DNA from: Patescibacteria group bacterium
Lineage (GTDB): Bacteria > Patescibacteriota > Minisyncoccia > Phycocordibacterales > EsbW-18
Reading direction: 5' to 3'
Assembly (NCBI GenBank): GCA_030917725.1
Contig: JAUPUE010000042.1
Location: 1-44,141 of the forward strand
Length of the DNA: 44,141 nucleotides
Part shown: piece by piece, positions 1-8,668 of the stretch
How the letters are laid out: each line of letters starts with the position of its first letter
How positions within the stretch are numbered: position 1 is the stretch's first letter
Notes under the pieces: generated by a model
What the model saw: the letters and a program-made list of their open reading frames with translations, nothing else
Databases searched by the model: none
What the model was told of the DNA's origin: nothing
Translations under genes and position numbers: made by a program

Positions 1-136
1 GCACGAAGAACGCAACACGGAACCCGCTCTTGTGGAGCCGGTGTGCCATGCGGTCGGTCGAATCAACAAGACGGCCACCAAAAAACCAGATGACCGCCAT
101 CGACAAAACGAAGAGTGCTAGATGACCGAGGATCAT
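1..136 (-). CDS. partial CDS (5' end only, continues past window start): hydrophobic N-terminus of a membrane protein, loosely like CaCA/YrbG-type cation antiporter N-termini
   Basis: Manual reverse-strand translation from ATG at 134-136 gives MILGHLALFVLSMAVIWFFGGRLVDSTDRMAHRLHKSGFRVAFFV..., open to the window edge. It is too short and truncated to appear in the ORF track. Confidence 0.3.
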   Translation of the reverse strand, partial: MILGHLALFVLSMAVIWFFGGRLVDSTDRMAHRLHKSGFRVAFFV

Positions 137-158
137 AAATCGGCGATGCCGATATCAG

Positions 159-530
159 TTAGTTGATTGAGACGAGCTCAACGTCAAAGATGAGTGTCGA
201 ACCGCCTGGGATTGGACCGTGGTCTTGAGCACCGTATCCGAGTTCAGGTGGGATTGTGAGGACTTTCTTCTCTCCTACTGCCATGCCGAGGATACCCTGA
301 TCCCATCCTGCGATAACTTGTCCCGAACCGAGTGTGAACTGAATCGGCTCTCCACGAGGAATGCTCGAGTCGAAAACGGTTCCATCAACGAGCTTGCCTG
401 TGTAATGTACCCCAACAACATCTCCGTTCTGTGCTGTTTGTGCTTCCATACCTGTAGAATTCCTATTGATTAAAAAGTATCCTCCAACGAGGACGGCTGC
501 GATGATAATAAGCGCTGTTGCTGTTTTCAT
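159..530 (-). CDS. FKBP-type peptidyl-prolyl cis-trans isomerase with N-terminal membrane anchor
   Basis: 123 aa. It has a TM helix followed by [17 protein letters not shown]...[29 protein letters not shown], the classic FKBP core. Confidence 0.9.
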   Translation of the reverse strand: MKTATALIIIAAVLVGGYFLINRNSTGMEAQTAQNGDVVGVHYTGKLVDGTVFDSSIPRGEPIQFTLGSGQVIAGWDQGILGMAVGEKKVLTIPPELGYGAQDHGPIPGGSTLIFDVELVSIN

Positions 531-564
531 ATGCCCTGTAGTCTACCATACCGTCCAGACGCAA

Positions 565-590
565 CACGACCCCGCCGAAGCGGGGTCGTG
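565..590 (-). terminator. GC-rich hairpin downstream of the csp gene (UUCG tetraloop on the minus-strand RNA)
   Basis: CACGACCCCGC-CGAA-GCGGGGTCGTG forms an 11-bp perfect stem 12 nt after the csp stop. The U-tract is weak. Confidence 0.5.
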
Positions 591-601
591 AGGACGAAGC
601 G

Positions 602-805
602 CTACGCGCGTCGTACGTTCTCGGCAGCAGGACCACGAGGAGTGTCCTTGATGTCGAAAGCGAGTTCATCGCCTTCCTTGAGCTCTGCGAGGGTCAAAGG
701 AGCCTGGAGCGCGTCTTTGTGGAAGAAGATGTCCTTCTCACCACCTTCACGTCCGATGAATCCGAAATCCTTGCCTTCGAGAGGCTTCTTCATTTTTCCG
801 TTCAT
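602..805 (-). CDS. cold-shock domain (CspA-family) protein
   Basis: 67 aa. GKDFGFIGREGGEKDIFFH matches the RNP1/RNP2-like cold-shock motifs, and the size is typical. Confidence 0.8.
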   Translation of the reverse strand: MNGKMKKPLEGKDFGFIGREGGEKDIFFHKDALQAPLTLAELKEGDELAFDIKDTPRGPAAENVRRA

Positions 806-908
806 ATATTTGTGTGTGACTGGTATATATACCCGGAAACTCGACTAAGTTTTGGTACCTCTATACACAGTAGCACCTTTTGACAGATAAGTATGTATAC
901 TGGCCGAT

Positions 909-2159
909 ATGGATCAAAAAGAGCCCACTATATGGGATGTAGCCGTAATCGGTGGCGGACCGGCGGGAATGATGGCAGCCGGGCGTGCAGCGGAGCTCGG
1001 TAAGCGCGTCATCCTCATCGAAAAGAACAAAAAGCTCGGTGAGAAGCTCCTCATCACCGGCGGCGGTCGCTGCAACGTCACCAATGCCGAACTCGACACC
1101 CGTACGCTCCTCGCCAAGTTCAAAGACGCTGAGCAATTTCTCTTTTCGGCATTTGCACAGTGGAATGTGCAGGAGACACTCGACTTCTTCAACGGTCGCG
1201 GCATGGAGACCAAGATTGAAGCTGAGAAGCGTGTCTTCCCTGTTTCAAATAAATCCCAGTCGGTGTGGGATGTGCTTGTTGAGTATATGAAAAAGGGTGA
1301 TGTAACCATTCTCTCCAACTCCCCTGTCTCTGGATTCGTTACTGAGAAGGATTCGATCAAATCAGTGACACTGACAAATGGAAAAGAAATCCACGCCAAG
1401 TCGTTCATCCTCGCAACAGGCGGAACGTCGCGTCCCGAGACCGGTTCAACAGGCGACGGCTTTGGCTGGCTTCGTACCATCGGCCACACGGTCACCGAAC
1501 CCACCGCCGCGCTCGTGCCGGTGTCGGTAAAAGACGAATGGGTCAAAAAGCTCCAGGGCATCAGCCTCCCCACTGCCAAACTCACTGCGTTTCAAAATGG
1601 CGAAAAACAAGAAGTCCGCAAAGGAAAGATGCTCTTCACACACTTTGGCATCAGCGGTCCTGCTGTGCTCAACATGAGCAGCTCCATCAGCGAGCTTCTC
1701 AAATATGGTGACGTGACGCTCGAACTCGATTTGCTCCCAACTCACGATCACGCCCAGCTCAACACAGCGCTGCAAGATTTGTTTAAAGAAGAAACCAACA
1801 AGAAGCTCAAGAATGCGCTCCCAAAATTGATTCCATCAGCATTCATCCCTGCGGTGTGTGAACTCGCAAAGGTTGACGGCGAAACGTTTTGTAACGAAGT
1901 ATCTCGTGAAGCGCGCATGCGACTCATTGATACGCTCAAAGGCATGGAAATGCACGTCAAAGGCTTACTCGGCATGGACAAAGCAATCATCGCCTCGGGC
2001 GGTGTTGCTCTCAACGAAGTTGATTTCAAAACGATGCGCTCAAAGCGCTATCCGAACCTTCACCTCATCGGCGACGTGCTCGATATCGATCGCCCATCGG
2101 GCGGCTACAGTCTTCAACTCTGTTGGACAACAGGGAGAGTCGCAGGAGAGGCGGCTTAG
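909..2159 (+). CDS. NAD(P)/FAD-dependent oxidoreductase, HI0933/YhiN (BaiN-like) flavoprotein family
   Basis: 416 aa. It has an N-terminal dinucleotide fold VAVIGGGPAGMMAAGRAAELG, GGGRCNVTN, and the C-terminal GDVLDIDRPSGGYSLQ motif typical of this family. Confidence 0.85.
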   Translation: MDQKEPTIWDVAVIGGGPAGMMAAGRAAELGKRVILIEKNKKLGEKLLITGGGRCNVTNAELDTRTLLAKFKDAEQFLFSAFAQWNVQETLDFFNGRGMETKIEAEKRVFPVSNKSQSVWDVLVEYMKKGDVTILSNSPVSGFVTEKDSIKSVTLTNGKEIHAKSFILATGGTSRPETGSTGDGFGWLRTIGHTVTEPTAALVPVSVKDEWVKKLQGISLPTAKLTAFQNGEKQEVRKGKMLFTHFGISGPAVLNMSSSISELLKYGDVTLELDLLPTHDHAQLNTALQDLFKEETNKKLKNALPKLIPSAFIPAVCELAKVDGETFCNEVSREARMRLIDTLKGMEMHVKGLLGMDKAIIASGGVALNEVDFKTMRSKRYPNLHLIGDVLDIDRPSGGYSLQLCWTTGRVAGEAA

Positions 2160-3640
2160 TCCTCTTCCTTCTTAGGACCAGCCTTCTTTCCAAGATCGAG
2201 TGTTTCATCGATGCGGATTTGAGCGACGAATTCGGGTACGTGAGAAACGAGAACCATTGCGCCTTCATATTTATCGAGTGCTGCAGCAATAATCGGCAAG
2301 TGACGGAAGTTGATGTGGTTGGTCGGCTCGTCGAGGATGAGAAGGCCTGGGCGCTGGAGCACCAAACGTGCAAAAGCAACGAGTCCCTTCTGTCCTTCTG
2401 AAAGGCTTCCGATTTTTGAATAGATAGTCTCACCAGTGATGAGGAATCCTGCCGCAACATTGCGGAGCGTTTCTTCAATCTCCTTCTCCATCACCTGCGC
2501 AAGCGATTCGTAGACGGTGTCGTCAAAGTTGAGTGTTGAGAAATCCTGACGGTAGTAGCCGACTTTTACGCCAGGAGCGATTGTTGCTCCGTCAGCTTTG
2601 CCGGATGCGAGCGCTTCGAGGAGCGTGGTCTTACCGATGCCGTTGGGGCCTTTGAGCAAGAGGTGCTCGCGCTTCTTGAGAGAGACTTTGACCTTTTTGT
2701 TTGTTGGCTTGTGATCAAGCAAGATACTCACGCTCGAGATCTCAAGCACCGGACCGATGGTCTCGCTTGAAACAGGAATAGTGAACGGACGGATGGTCTT
2801 GTCTTCTTTACGCACATCAACCTTCTCTTCTTCGAGCTCTTCAGCCTCTTCACGCATCTTTTTGGCAACCAAACGCATCTTTCCTCCCTTGTGAGCAAAG
2901 AAGTTCGCCTTGTCTTTGTTCTCCTGAATCTTCTTGGCAAGCTGAGCGTTCTTCATGTTCTCCTTTTCCAAACGAAGTTTGATCTGCTCAACCACATCGG
3001 TGTAGTCACCGACATACTGCTCCATCTTTTTCGTGAACACGTCGAGATAGAGAACGCCGTGGGTGAACGCGTTGAGGAACTCGGCATCGTGGGAGATGAC
3101 GATACAGGTCTTTTTGTAATCAATGAGGAACTTGGTGAGGTGTTCGATGCCCGCAGTGTCCAAGTTGTTGGTCGGCTCGTCGAGGAGCAAAAGGTCGGGG
3201 TCTTGAATGAGCGCCGATGCGAGCAAGAGACGCGCCTGCTGACCACCTGAGAACGAACGAATGATGCGGTCGTGGAGCTTCTCGTGTCCGATGAGGTTTA
3301 CCACTTCCAAAACTGCATCAATCTTTGGGTCGATATCGTAAATTTTCTTATCAAAAGACTTTTCAAAATATTCACGGACCGTGAGGTCAAGCTGGTCGCG
3401 TGGGATTACCTGACGCGCGGTAGCGATGCTGATGCCCTGACCGAGCATGATGGTACCGTTTTCAGGCTTGAGGTCGCCCATCATGAGCCCAAAAAGAGTC
3501 GATTTCCCTGCCCCGTTCTGTCCCATGAGCGCGATCTTTTTGCCACGGCGAATGTTAAAATCCACCTCTTCAAGGATGGGTTTGCGTGGGCCGTGCTCAA
3601 ATGAGACGCCTTCGAACCGTACAATCGTGTCATCTGCCAT
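2156..3640 (-). CDS. ABC-F family ATPase (translation-factor-type, two ABC cassettes, no TM domain)
   Basis: It has two Walker A motifs (GQNGAGKST, GPNGIGKTT), two signatures (FSGGQQAR, LSEGQKG) and a charged inter-domain linker. I trimmed the start to the internal ATG (MADDTIVRFEGVSF) because the 49-codon extension in the ORF track runs through a non-coding repeat. Confidence 0.9.
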   Translation of the reverse strand: MADDTIVRFEGVSFEHGPRKPILEEVDFNIRRGKKIALMGQNGAGKSTLFGLMMGDLKPENGTIMLGQGISIATARQVIPRDQLDLTVREYFEKSFDKKIYDIDPKIDAVLEVVNLIGHEKLHDRIIRSFSGGQQARLLLASALIQDPDLLLLDEPTNNLDTAGIEHLTKFLIDYKKTCIVISHDAEFLNAFTHGVLYLDVFTKKMEQYVGDYTDVVEQIKLRLEKENMKNAQLAKKIQENKDKANFFAHKGGKMRLVAKKMREEAEELEEEKVDVRKEDKTIRPFTIPVSSETIGPVLEISSVSILLDHKPTNKKVKVSLKKREHLLLKGPNGIGKTTLLEALASGKADGATIAPGVKVGYYRQDFSTLNFDDTVYESLAQVMEKEIEETLRNVAAGFLITGETIYSKIGSLSEGQKGLVAFARLVLQRPGLLILDEPTNHINFRHLPIIAAALDKYEGAMVLVSHVPEFVAQIRIDETLDLGKKAGPKKEED

Positions 3641-3687
3641 AGAAGCTACAAAGTACAGTAAAAACGGGCTCTTGGCTATGTGCTTCG

Positions 3688-3807
3688 CGAAATATATGGC
3701 GCAGAGCGGAGTGGATCCGGGTTTTTCCGAGCTTGCTTGCCTCGCCGAAGCTTTAGCGAAGGCGGGCGAGGACAAAACACGGACCACGCAGCGAAGGTCA
3801 TACCACG
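3688..3807 (-). promoter_or_regulatory. copy 1 of a conserved inverted-repeat element upstream of ABC-F (candidate leader RNA, operator or small RNA)
   Basis: It aligns with 38490..38578 with 3 mismatches over 84 shared nt. This copy carries 36 nt at the hairpin apex where copy 2 has 5 nt (net +31 nt). It ends 48 nt upstream of the ABC-F ATG. Confidence 0.6.
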
Positions 3808-3853
3808 TTGAGTTCTCTTCCTCGGAAGGTGGTCGCTTCGTGTTGGGACAAAT

Positions 3854-3879
3854 ACAAAACGCCCTTTCGGGCGTTTTGT
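3854..3879 (-). terminator. intrinsic terminator hairpin after CDS 3902..5107
   Basis: ACAAAACGCCC-TTTC-GGGCGTTTTGT forms an 11-bp stem whose T-run is partly inside the stem. It lies 23 nt downstream of the stop. Confidence 0.7.
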
Positions 3880-3901
3880 GCGAGCACTATTCTAGGAAGA
3901 C

Positions 3902-5107
3902 CTAGTTCTCGTCGTCGACGAAGACAACCTTGGTGTCGTGATCGTTGAGACCATTTGAGATAGTTATCTCACCTCCGGCCGTTGTGTTGCTATCGAACCG
4001 AATAGCATTGATCTGAAGCCCGTAGAATCCAGCTGTCGCTCCTTCGTTGTCGAGAGAGACATTCAGCGTGAATGTACGTGACTCGTTATCGTCAATCTTG
4101 AAGTAGTCATCGGTATCACCGTTATTCGAGCCATCTGCCGAGAATGCAGCTGCTACGTCTCCACCGGTGTACACAGCACCCGAGCTCTCCTCGAGATAGA
4201 ACTCGATACCGTCTGAGCCGTCACTCTCATCATCATCACGCTCGGTGCTTCGAGGGATATAGAAGTCTCCATTGAATGCATTCAACGTGAACTCAATCTC
4301 GTAGTCAGCGCGATCCTTGTTGTTTCCAACAGGAGACACAGCTGATGTGCTCTCGACTGAGGTATCTCCATCGTTATCTTCATCAATCGCATCGACAGCA
4401 TCATCTGCAAGGTCTGATGCATCGTTAGCGAGGTTCTCTGCCTCCTCAAAGTCGTCAGCGGCAAAAGCACCTTGCGCGTCTTCGAGCTTTGCTTCTGCAT
4501 CGTCGAGAAGATCGTTGGCGTCATCGACATCGTCACCATCGTCATCTGCATCATCAACTTCCTGACGCGCATCGTCGATGGCCATTTCGGCATCATCAAT
4601 CGCATTTTCAGCGCTAATGGCATTTGAGTCGTTGTCATCATCGTCGTCATCGTCTCCAGTTTGTGTTGGAGTCGTATTCACTGGCTGACACAAGAGCGCG
4701 TAGCGCGCGCGGGAAAGCTGACCGAAGTAGCCCGCTGGTGGCACGAGGCCATTCGAGGACTGCCATGCCGCTACTGCGCTACGAGTAACATCGCCAAAGT
4801 AGCCGGTGGTACCAACCGCAAATGGAAAGTGATCGGTTGTTTTAAGGTAATTCTGAAGCGCTGAGACGTCGGGTCCTGTTGAACCAACGGTAAGGTCTCG
4901 GCTAAATTCGAAACAGCTTGTTGAGGTATTTCCCTGGATAGCCGCAAGCTGCGCCAAAAGCAATTCGACTTGCGCCTGCAGCTCAGCGATTGTCATCGTT
5001 GCCGCCTGAGCCTTCGGAGCAGTTACAAGCATCGCCCCTACGAGGAGAAGTCCTGTTACTGTAAAACCAAGGGCCTTCTTCCATCTATTGAGTAGTGTCG
5101 TGTTCAT
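3902..5107 (-). CDS. secreted or anchored protein: signal anchor, L/Q/A helix, peptidoglycan-binding (PG_binding_1-like) domain, poly-Asp plus acidic helical module, C-terminal beta-rich domain
   Basis: 401 aa. LTVGSTGPDVSALQNYL...GYFGDVTRSAVAAWQSSNGL fits the PG-binding repeat. The acidic module DDANDLLDDAEAKLEDAQGAFAADDFEEAENLANDASDLADDAVDAID matches the repeat in CDS 38754..39809. Confidence 0.75.
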   Translation of the reverse strand: MNTTLLNRWKKALGFTVTGLLLVGAMLVTAPKAQAATMTIAELQAQVELLLAQLAAIQGNTSTSCFEFSRDLTVGSTGPDVSALQNYLKTTDHFPFAVGTTGYFGDVTRSAVAAWQSSNGLVPPAGYFGQLSRARYALLCQPVNTTPTQTGDDDDDDDNDSNAISAENAIDDAEMAIDDARQEVDDADDDGDDVDDANDLLDDAEAKLEDAQGAFAADDFEEAENLANDASDLADDAVDAIDEDNDGDTSVESTSAVSPVGNNKDRADYEIEFTLNAFNGDFYIPRSTERDDDESDGSDGIEFYLEESSGAVYTGGDVAAAFSADGSNNGDTDDYFKIDDNESRTFTLNVSLDNEGATAGFYGLQINAIRFDSNTTAGGEITISNGLNDHDTKVVFVDDEN

Positions 5108-5129
5108 AATGGATAGGATAGGGTTGATA

Positions 5130-5154
5130 AAGGACGGGAGTGCTTCCCGTCCTT
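5130..5154 (-). terminator. hairpin downstream of CDS 5295..5750
   Basis: AAGGACGGGA-GTGCT-TCCCGTCCTT forms a 10-bp stem. On the minus strand it is followed by TTATCAA, a weak U-tract. Confidence 0.4.
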
Positions 5155-5294
5155 ACCTAAAGGATAGCCTGTTGAAAGCAACGAGACGATAGCAGTCGAA
5201 GTGGATAGCATCAAAGGCCGTGAGACACGATATAGCCTCACGCGAACGGTTCACCCTCGAGATTTTTACGTGAGGTTATTTTCCCAATACGAAA

Positions 5295-5750
5295 TTAGCT
5301 CGCGCGCGTTGTTCGGCTCCGTTTTACAGGAGTAGTAGTCGTGGTCTTCGTTGGTGTCGTAGGCTTTGGCTCAGGAGCGGTGATGGTGTTCTGCTGATTT
5401 TGCAAAGCTTGAATCTGAGCCATGGTGGACTGAAGAAACGCCACATCAATCTCAGGGGTTTGAGGTACGTCAGCGGGTGGAACAACCGGCACGTCATTTG
5501 ATGCGACCCGCTCTTCCCTATCTTCTTTGTCTTCTTTGGTAGACGCAGTTGCTCGTTGACGGACAACATCAAGATCACGTGCAAGAGCCGCATTCGAATC
5601 CTGTATTTGAACAATCTGGTCCTCAAGCTCGCTGATGTGCAAGGCTTGTTCTTCAAGGCGTTCGTGCCATGCGAATCCGGTACGGCCAATGCCGAGCGAT
5701 GAGGCAATCAAGAGAAGTGTTACAGCAATATTTTGTGTATCAGATTTCAT
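5295..5750 (-). CDS. hypothetical membrane-anchored coiled-coil protein with Thr/Pro-rich tail
   Basis: I trimmed the start to the internal ATG (MKSDTQNIAVTLLLIASSLGIG). The protein has one TM helix, then a heptad-like segment (LEEQALHISELEDQIVQIQD). I recognise no family. Confidence 0.6.
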   Translation of the reverse strand: MKSDTQNIAVTLLLIASSLGIGRTGFAWHERLEEQALHISELEDQIVQIQDSNAALARDLDVVRQRATASTKEDKEDREERVASNDVPVVPPADVPQTPEIDVAFLQSTMAQIQALQNQQNTITAPEPKPTTPTKTTTTTPVKRSRTTRAS

Positions 5751-5761
5751 AGAGAGAGAGA

Positions 5762-5932
5762 TTAGTCGATTCGTTGCCACAGATGCGTATCTCGTTTGAG
5801 CGTATCGCACTCCGGGCATTTGAAATCATCAGGAAGCGTCTCCCATTTTGTTCCAGGAGCGATGCCCTGTTCAGGGAAACCTTTTTCCTCATCATATGTC
5901 CATCCACAATCAAGACAAACGTACTGTGCCAT
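5762..5932 (-). CDS. rubredoxin
   Basis: 56 aa from the internal ATG (MAQYVCLDCGWTYDEEKGFPEQGIAPGTKWETLPDDFKCPEC). It has the two CxxC knuckles and the conserved aromatic core. Confidence 0.9.
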   Translation of the reverse strand: MAQYVCLDCGWTYDEEKGFPEQGIAPGTKWETLPDDFKCPECDTLKRDTHLWQRID

Positions 5933-5998
5933 AAAGATATCGGTTAACGGTAGTAACAACACAACACTACCTGCCCACGATGAATCTTTGATGAATGA

Positions 5999-7036
5999 CT
6001 AGGAGACCAGTGGAAAACGGAGTGTTACCGTCGTCCCGTGTCCAGTTTGGCTTTCAACAGCAACAGATCCGCCGTGGCGTTCGACAATCTCTTTGACGAT
6101 GGCCAAGCCAAGACCTGCGCCGTTTTCACGCGCACCACGAGATGTATCAGCTTTATAAAAGCGATCAAAAACAAGAGGAATGTCAGCAGAAGCTATACCG
6201 ATGCCGGTATCAGCTACACGAATTAATGCATGACCAGCTTCCTGTGTAAGAGTAATTGTTACACCGCCGTCCGACGTGTAGTCGACAGCGTTCGTGATGA
6301 CATTCATGAGCGCTCTCTGTATATCCGAAGCAACACCGTTGACAGTGATTGGTGAAGCAACTCCTTGGTACAACAGTGTGAGATTCTTTTTCTGTGCATA
6401 CGGTCGAACTACATCGCACATGGTGCCAATAATCGTGCCGAGATCAATTGTCTCAAAAACGGCTTTGTTGGAAACACCACGGGCAAGCATCAAAAGATCA
6501 TCAGAAAGTTTTGAGAGCCGCCGAGATTCTTCGAGCATGTCAGCGATGAACGTGCGGTAGCTTGCAGGCGACTGCTCGCGAGAAAGAGCGACTTCGGCAC
6601 CTGCGCGCATAACGGTGAGAGGCGTACGAAGTTCGTGCGCGGCATCTGCGATGAAGCGCTCTTGGCGTTCATAGGATTCTTCGATAGGACGAAGTGTTTT
6701 TCGAGAGAGTATAGACGCCAGTATGACAACAAACAGCATGATGAGCCCGCTTGCAAAAGCTTGTGCCACAAGAAGATCATCATCAATACTCTTCTCATCA
6801 CCAAAATCGGCTATGATCGAACCCTCATCACCATCATCATCAAACCCGTGGTCCTCATCGGATTCGCTCTCAATAACAAGAGCAGCGCCGTCTCCCTCTT
6901 CTTCGATATGAATTCTTTGAGTGAATATGAAATAGATGAAGAGATTGAAAAGCGCGAGAAGTATAAAAACACCGACCGCATACCATGCAGTGAGCACGAG
7001 ACGAGCACGTCGAAACGTCTTAGACGTTTGTTGCAT
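5999..7036 (-). CDS. sensor histidine kinase (HisKA + HATPase_c) with a short, very acidic extracytoplasmic loop
   Basis: The H-box is AAHELRTPLT, and the N and G boxes are NVITNAVDYT, DTGIGI and GAGLGLAIV. The start is uncertain: I chose the ATG at 7036 (17-nt overlap with the regulator), and an alternative ATG lies at 7081. Confidence 0.85.
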   Translation of the reverse strand: MQQTSKTFRRARLVLTAWYAVGVFILLALFNLFIYFIFTQRIHIEEEGDGAALVIESESDEDHGFDDDGDEGSIIADFGDEKSIDDDLLVAQAFASGLIMLFVVILASILSRKTLRPIEESYERQERFIADAAHELRTPLTVMRAGAEVALSREQSPASYRTFIADMLEESRRLSKLSDDLLMLARGVSNKAVFETIDLGTIIGTMCDVVRPYAQKKNLTLLYQGVASPITVNGVASDIQRALMNVITNAVDYTSDGGVTITLTQEAGHALIRVADTGIGIASADIPLVFDRFYKADTSRGARENGAGLGLAIVKEIVERHGGSVAVESQTGHGTTVTLRFPLVS

Positions 7037-7685
7037 ACCCCGCCCCTCTAACCGTCTTGATGTAGTGTCCTTTGCTGTCATGTAATTTTTTGCGTATCTG
7101 CTTAATGTAGGCGTCCGTGATGTTGCTTTCGGGGTCGTATGCGAAGTCCCAGCAATGTGCGAGAAGCTCGTCACGCGTAACGACCCTTCCCTTGTTGCGC
7201 ATGAAATACTCCAAAACCGAGAGCTCCTTCTGTGTCATGTGCACCTGACGCTTCCCTTGGCGAACCTCGCGCGATGCAAGGTCAAAAGACACATCGCCAA
7301 GCGTCAGTACTTCGCCCAATCGCTCTTGCGGACGTCGAAGGAGCGCGCGGACACGAGCAAGCAACTCCTTCATGTCGAACGGTTTGACGAGGTAATCATC
7401 TGCGCCACTATCAAGGCCCTGAATACGGCGGTTAACGTCACCGAGTGCCGTAACCATGATGATGGGGACGACGATATCATCATCACGCAAGCTCCTACAC
7501 ACCGCTACCCCATCCTTACCAGGCAAGAGAATATCAAGAACAATGAGATCATACGTGCTTGCGCGCGCCATACGCTCTCCCGTTTCCCCATCACGAGCAA
7601 CATCAACGGCATAACCGTCCTGCTCGAGCATTTCTTTCATATATCCCGAGAGCTTTTCGTTGTCTTCAACAAGTAACACGCGCAT
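7020..7685 (-). CDS. OmpR/PhoB-family response regulator
   Basis: The start is at the internal ATG (MRVLLVEDN). The receiver has LIVLDILLPGKDG, and a winged-helix output domain ends in YIKTVRGAGY. Confidence 0.9.
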   Translation of the reverse strand: MRVLLVEDNEKLSGYMKEMLEQDGYAVDVARDGETGERMARASTYDLIVLDILLPGKDGVAVCRSLRDDDIVVPIIMVTALGDVNRRIQGLDSGADDYLVKPFDMKELLARVRALLRRPQERLGEVLTLGDVSFDLASREVRQGKRQVHMTQKELSVLEYFMRNKGRVVTRDELLAHCWDFAYDPESNITDAYIKQIRKKLHDSKGHYIKTVRGAGYATNV

Positions 7686-7728
7686 ACGAGGCGCATGATA
7701 CTCCTCCCTCATACAAAGACAATCCAAA

Positions 7729-7746
7729 CATTCATCAGGCATTCAT
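7729..7746. promoter_or_regulatory. direct repeat CATTCAT-N4-CATTCAT (11-bp register) in the divergent regulator/apbE intergenic region; candidate OmpR-type binding site
   Basis: CATTCATCAGGCATTCAT. The 11-bp phasing is typical of OmpR/PhoB boxes. It is only a sequence pattern. Confidence 0.25.
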
Positions 7747-7778
7747 GATGGAAGGCTACTCTTTGAACATCACCCTAC

Positions 7779-8666
7779 ATGAAAACAGCGCACGAACACA
7801 TATTCGAAGACAGGCTCATGGGAAGCGACCTTGTCGTTTCAATTGTTATGCCCTCTGCCGAATTAGCACGTCGAGAATACGAGCGTGCCAAATCACTTGG
7901 TGATAACTACGAACAACGTTTTTCACGCTTCCTTCCTACAAGCGAGCTCTCCCGTCTCAACGAGAGCAGGAATGCCAACGTCTCACCAGAATTCATGGAT
8001 GTTATTTCGACAGGATTTGATCTTTACCGAGCAACCAACGGCGTGTTCAACCCATTGGTTCAGATAGCGCGACTAGGGTATGACGTGTCATTTGATTCTT
8101 TGAACGGACCGAAAAAGGCCAATAAAGATTCGTATGACGTTCAACTTTCTTCGATACACATCGATGAGACAACGCAGCACATCACGCTTGCCGAGGGACA
8201 ACGTCTCGATGTTGGTGGTTTTCTCAAAGGCATGGTGGCCGAACGGATGGCAAAGAGCATACAAGGAGCGAGTGGCATCATCGTCAACATCGGTGGTGAT
8301 ATTTACACCATAGGAAAAGATGAGAACGGTGCGCCGTTCGGATTTGATGTCTATGATCCGATAAACGAGCAGGTTGCGGTTGTTGTACCGCTGAATGATG
8401 GAGCAATCGCAACATCAGGCGTCTACCGAAGAAACTGGGAAGCAGATGGACGAAAGGTGCACCACATTCTTGATACAACTGGGACCGAGAATCCAAAAAG
8501 CAATTTGGTGTCAGCGACAATCATCGCAGAACACGGCCATGAGGCTGACGCATATGCCACCGTCGCTATCGTTCTTGGCTCAGAAAAAGCGGAACACCTA
8601 TTGAAACAACGCGGGCTCTCCTATGTACTCATCACCCAAGAAGGAAAAACCATCATCAACATATAA
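7779..8666 (+). CDS. apbE: FAD:protein FMN transferase (ApbE family)
   Basis: 295 aa. The motifs DVGGFLKGMVAERM, ATSGVYRRNW...HHILDTTGTENP and HEADAYATV follow the ApbE pattern. Confidence 0.85.
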   Translation: MKTAHEHIFEDRLMGSDLVVSIVMPSAELARREYERAKSLGDNYEQRFSRFLPTSELSRLNESRNANVSPEFMDVISTGFDLYRATNGVFNPLVQIARLGYDVSFDSLNGPKKANKDSYDVQLSSIHIDETTQHITLAEGQRLDVGGFLKGMVAERMAKSIQGASGIIVNIGGDIYTIGKDENGAPFGFDVYDPINEQVAVVVPLNDGAIATSGVYRRNWEADGRKVHHILDTTGTENPKSNLVSATIIAEHGHEADAYATVAIVLGSEKAEHLLKQRGLSYVLITQEGKTIINI

Positions 8667-8668
8667 CT

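Noticed and set aside
880-901. A perfect TTGACA (880-885) as the -35 partner of TATACT (896-901) for the flavoprotein gene.
   Set aside because: The spacer is only 10 nt, incompatible with a sigma-70 -35/-10 pair. TATACT may act alone, or TGGTATATA at 821-829 may be the promoter.
3641-3787. The 49-codon N-terminal extension of the ABC-F ORF as drawn in the ORF track (MVRVLSSPAFAKASARQ...).
   Set aside because: It runs through the conserved repeat element, whose second copy is in a different frame context. The internal ATG at 3640 gives a normal ABC-F N-terminus (MADDTIVRFEGVSF) and has a -10-like box 9 nt upstream.
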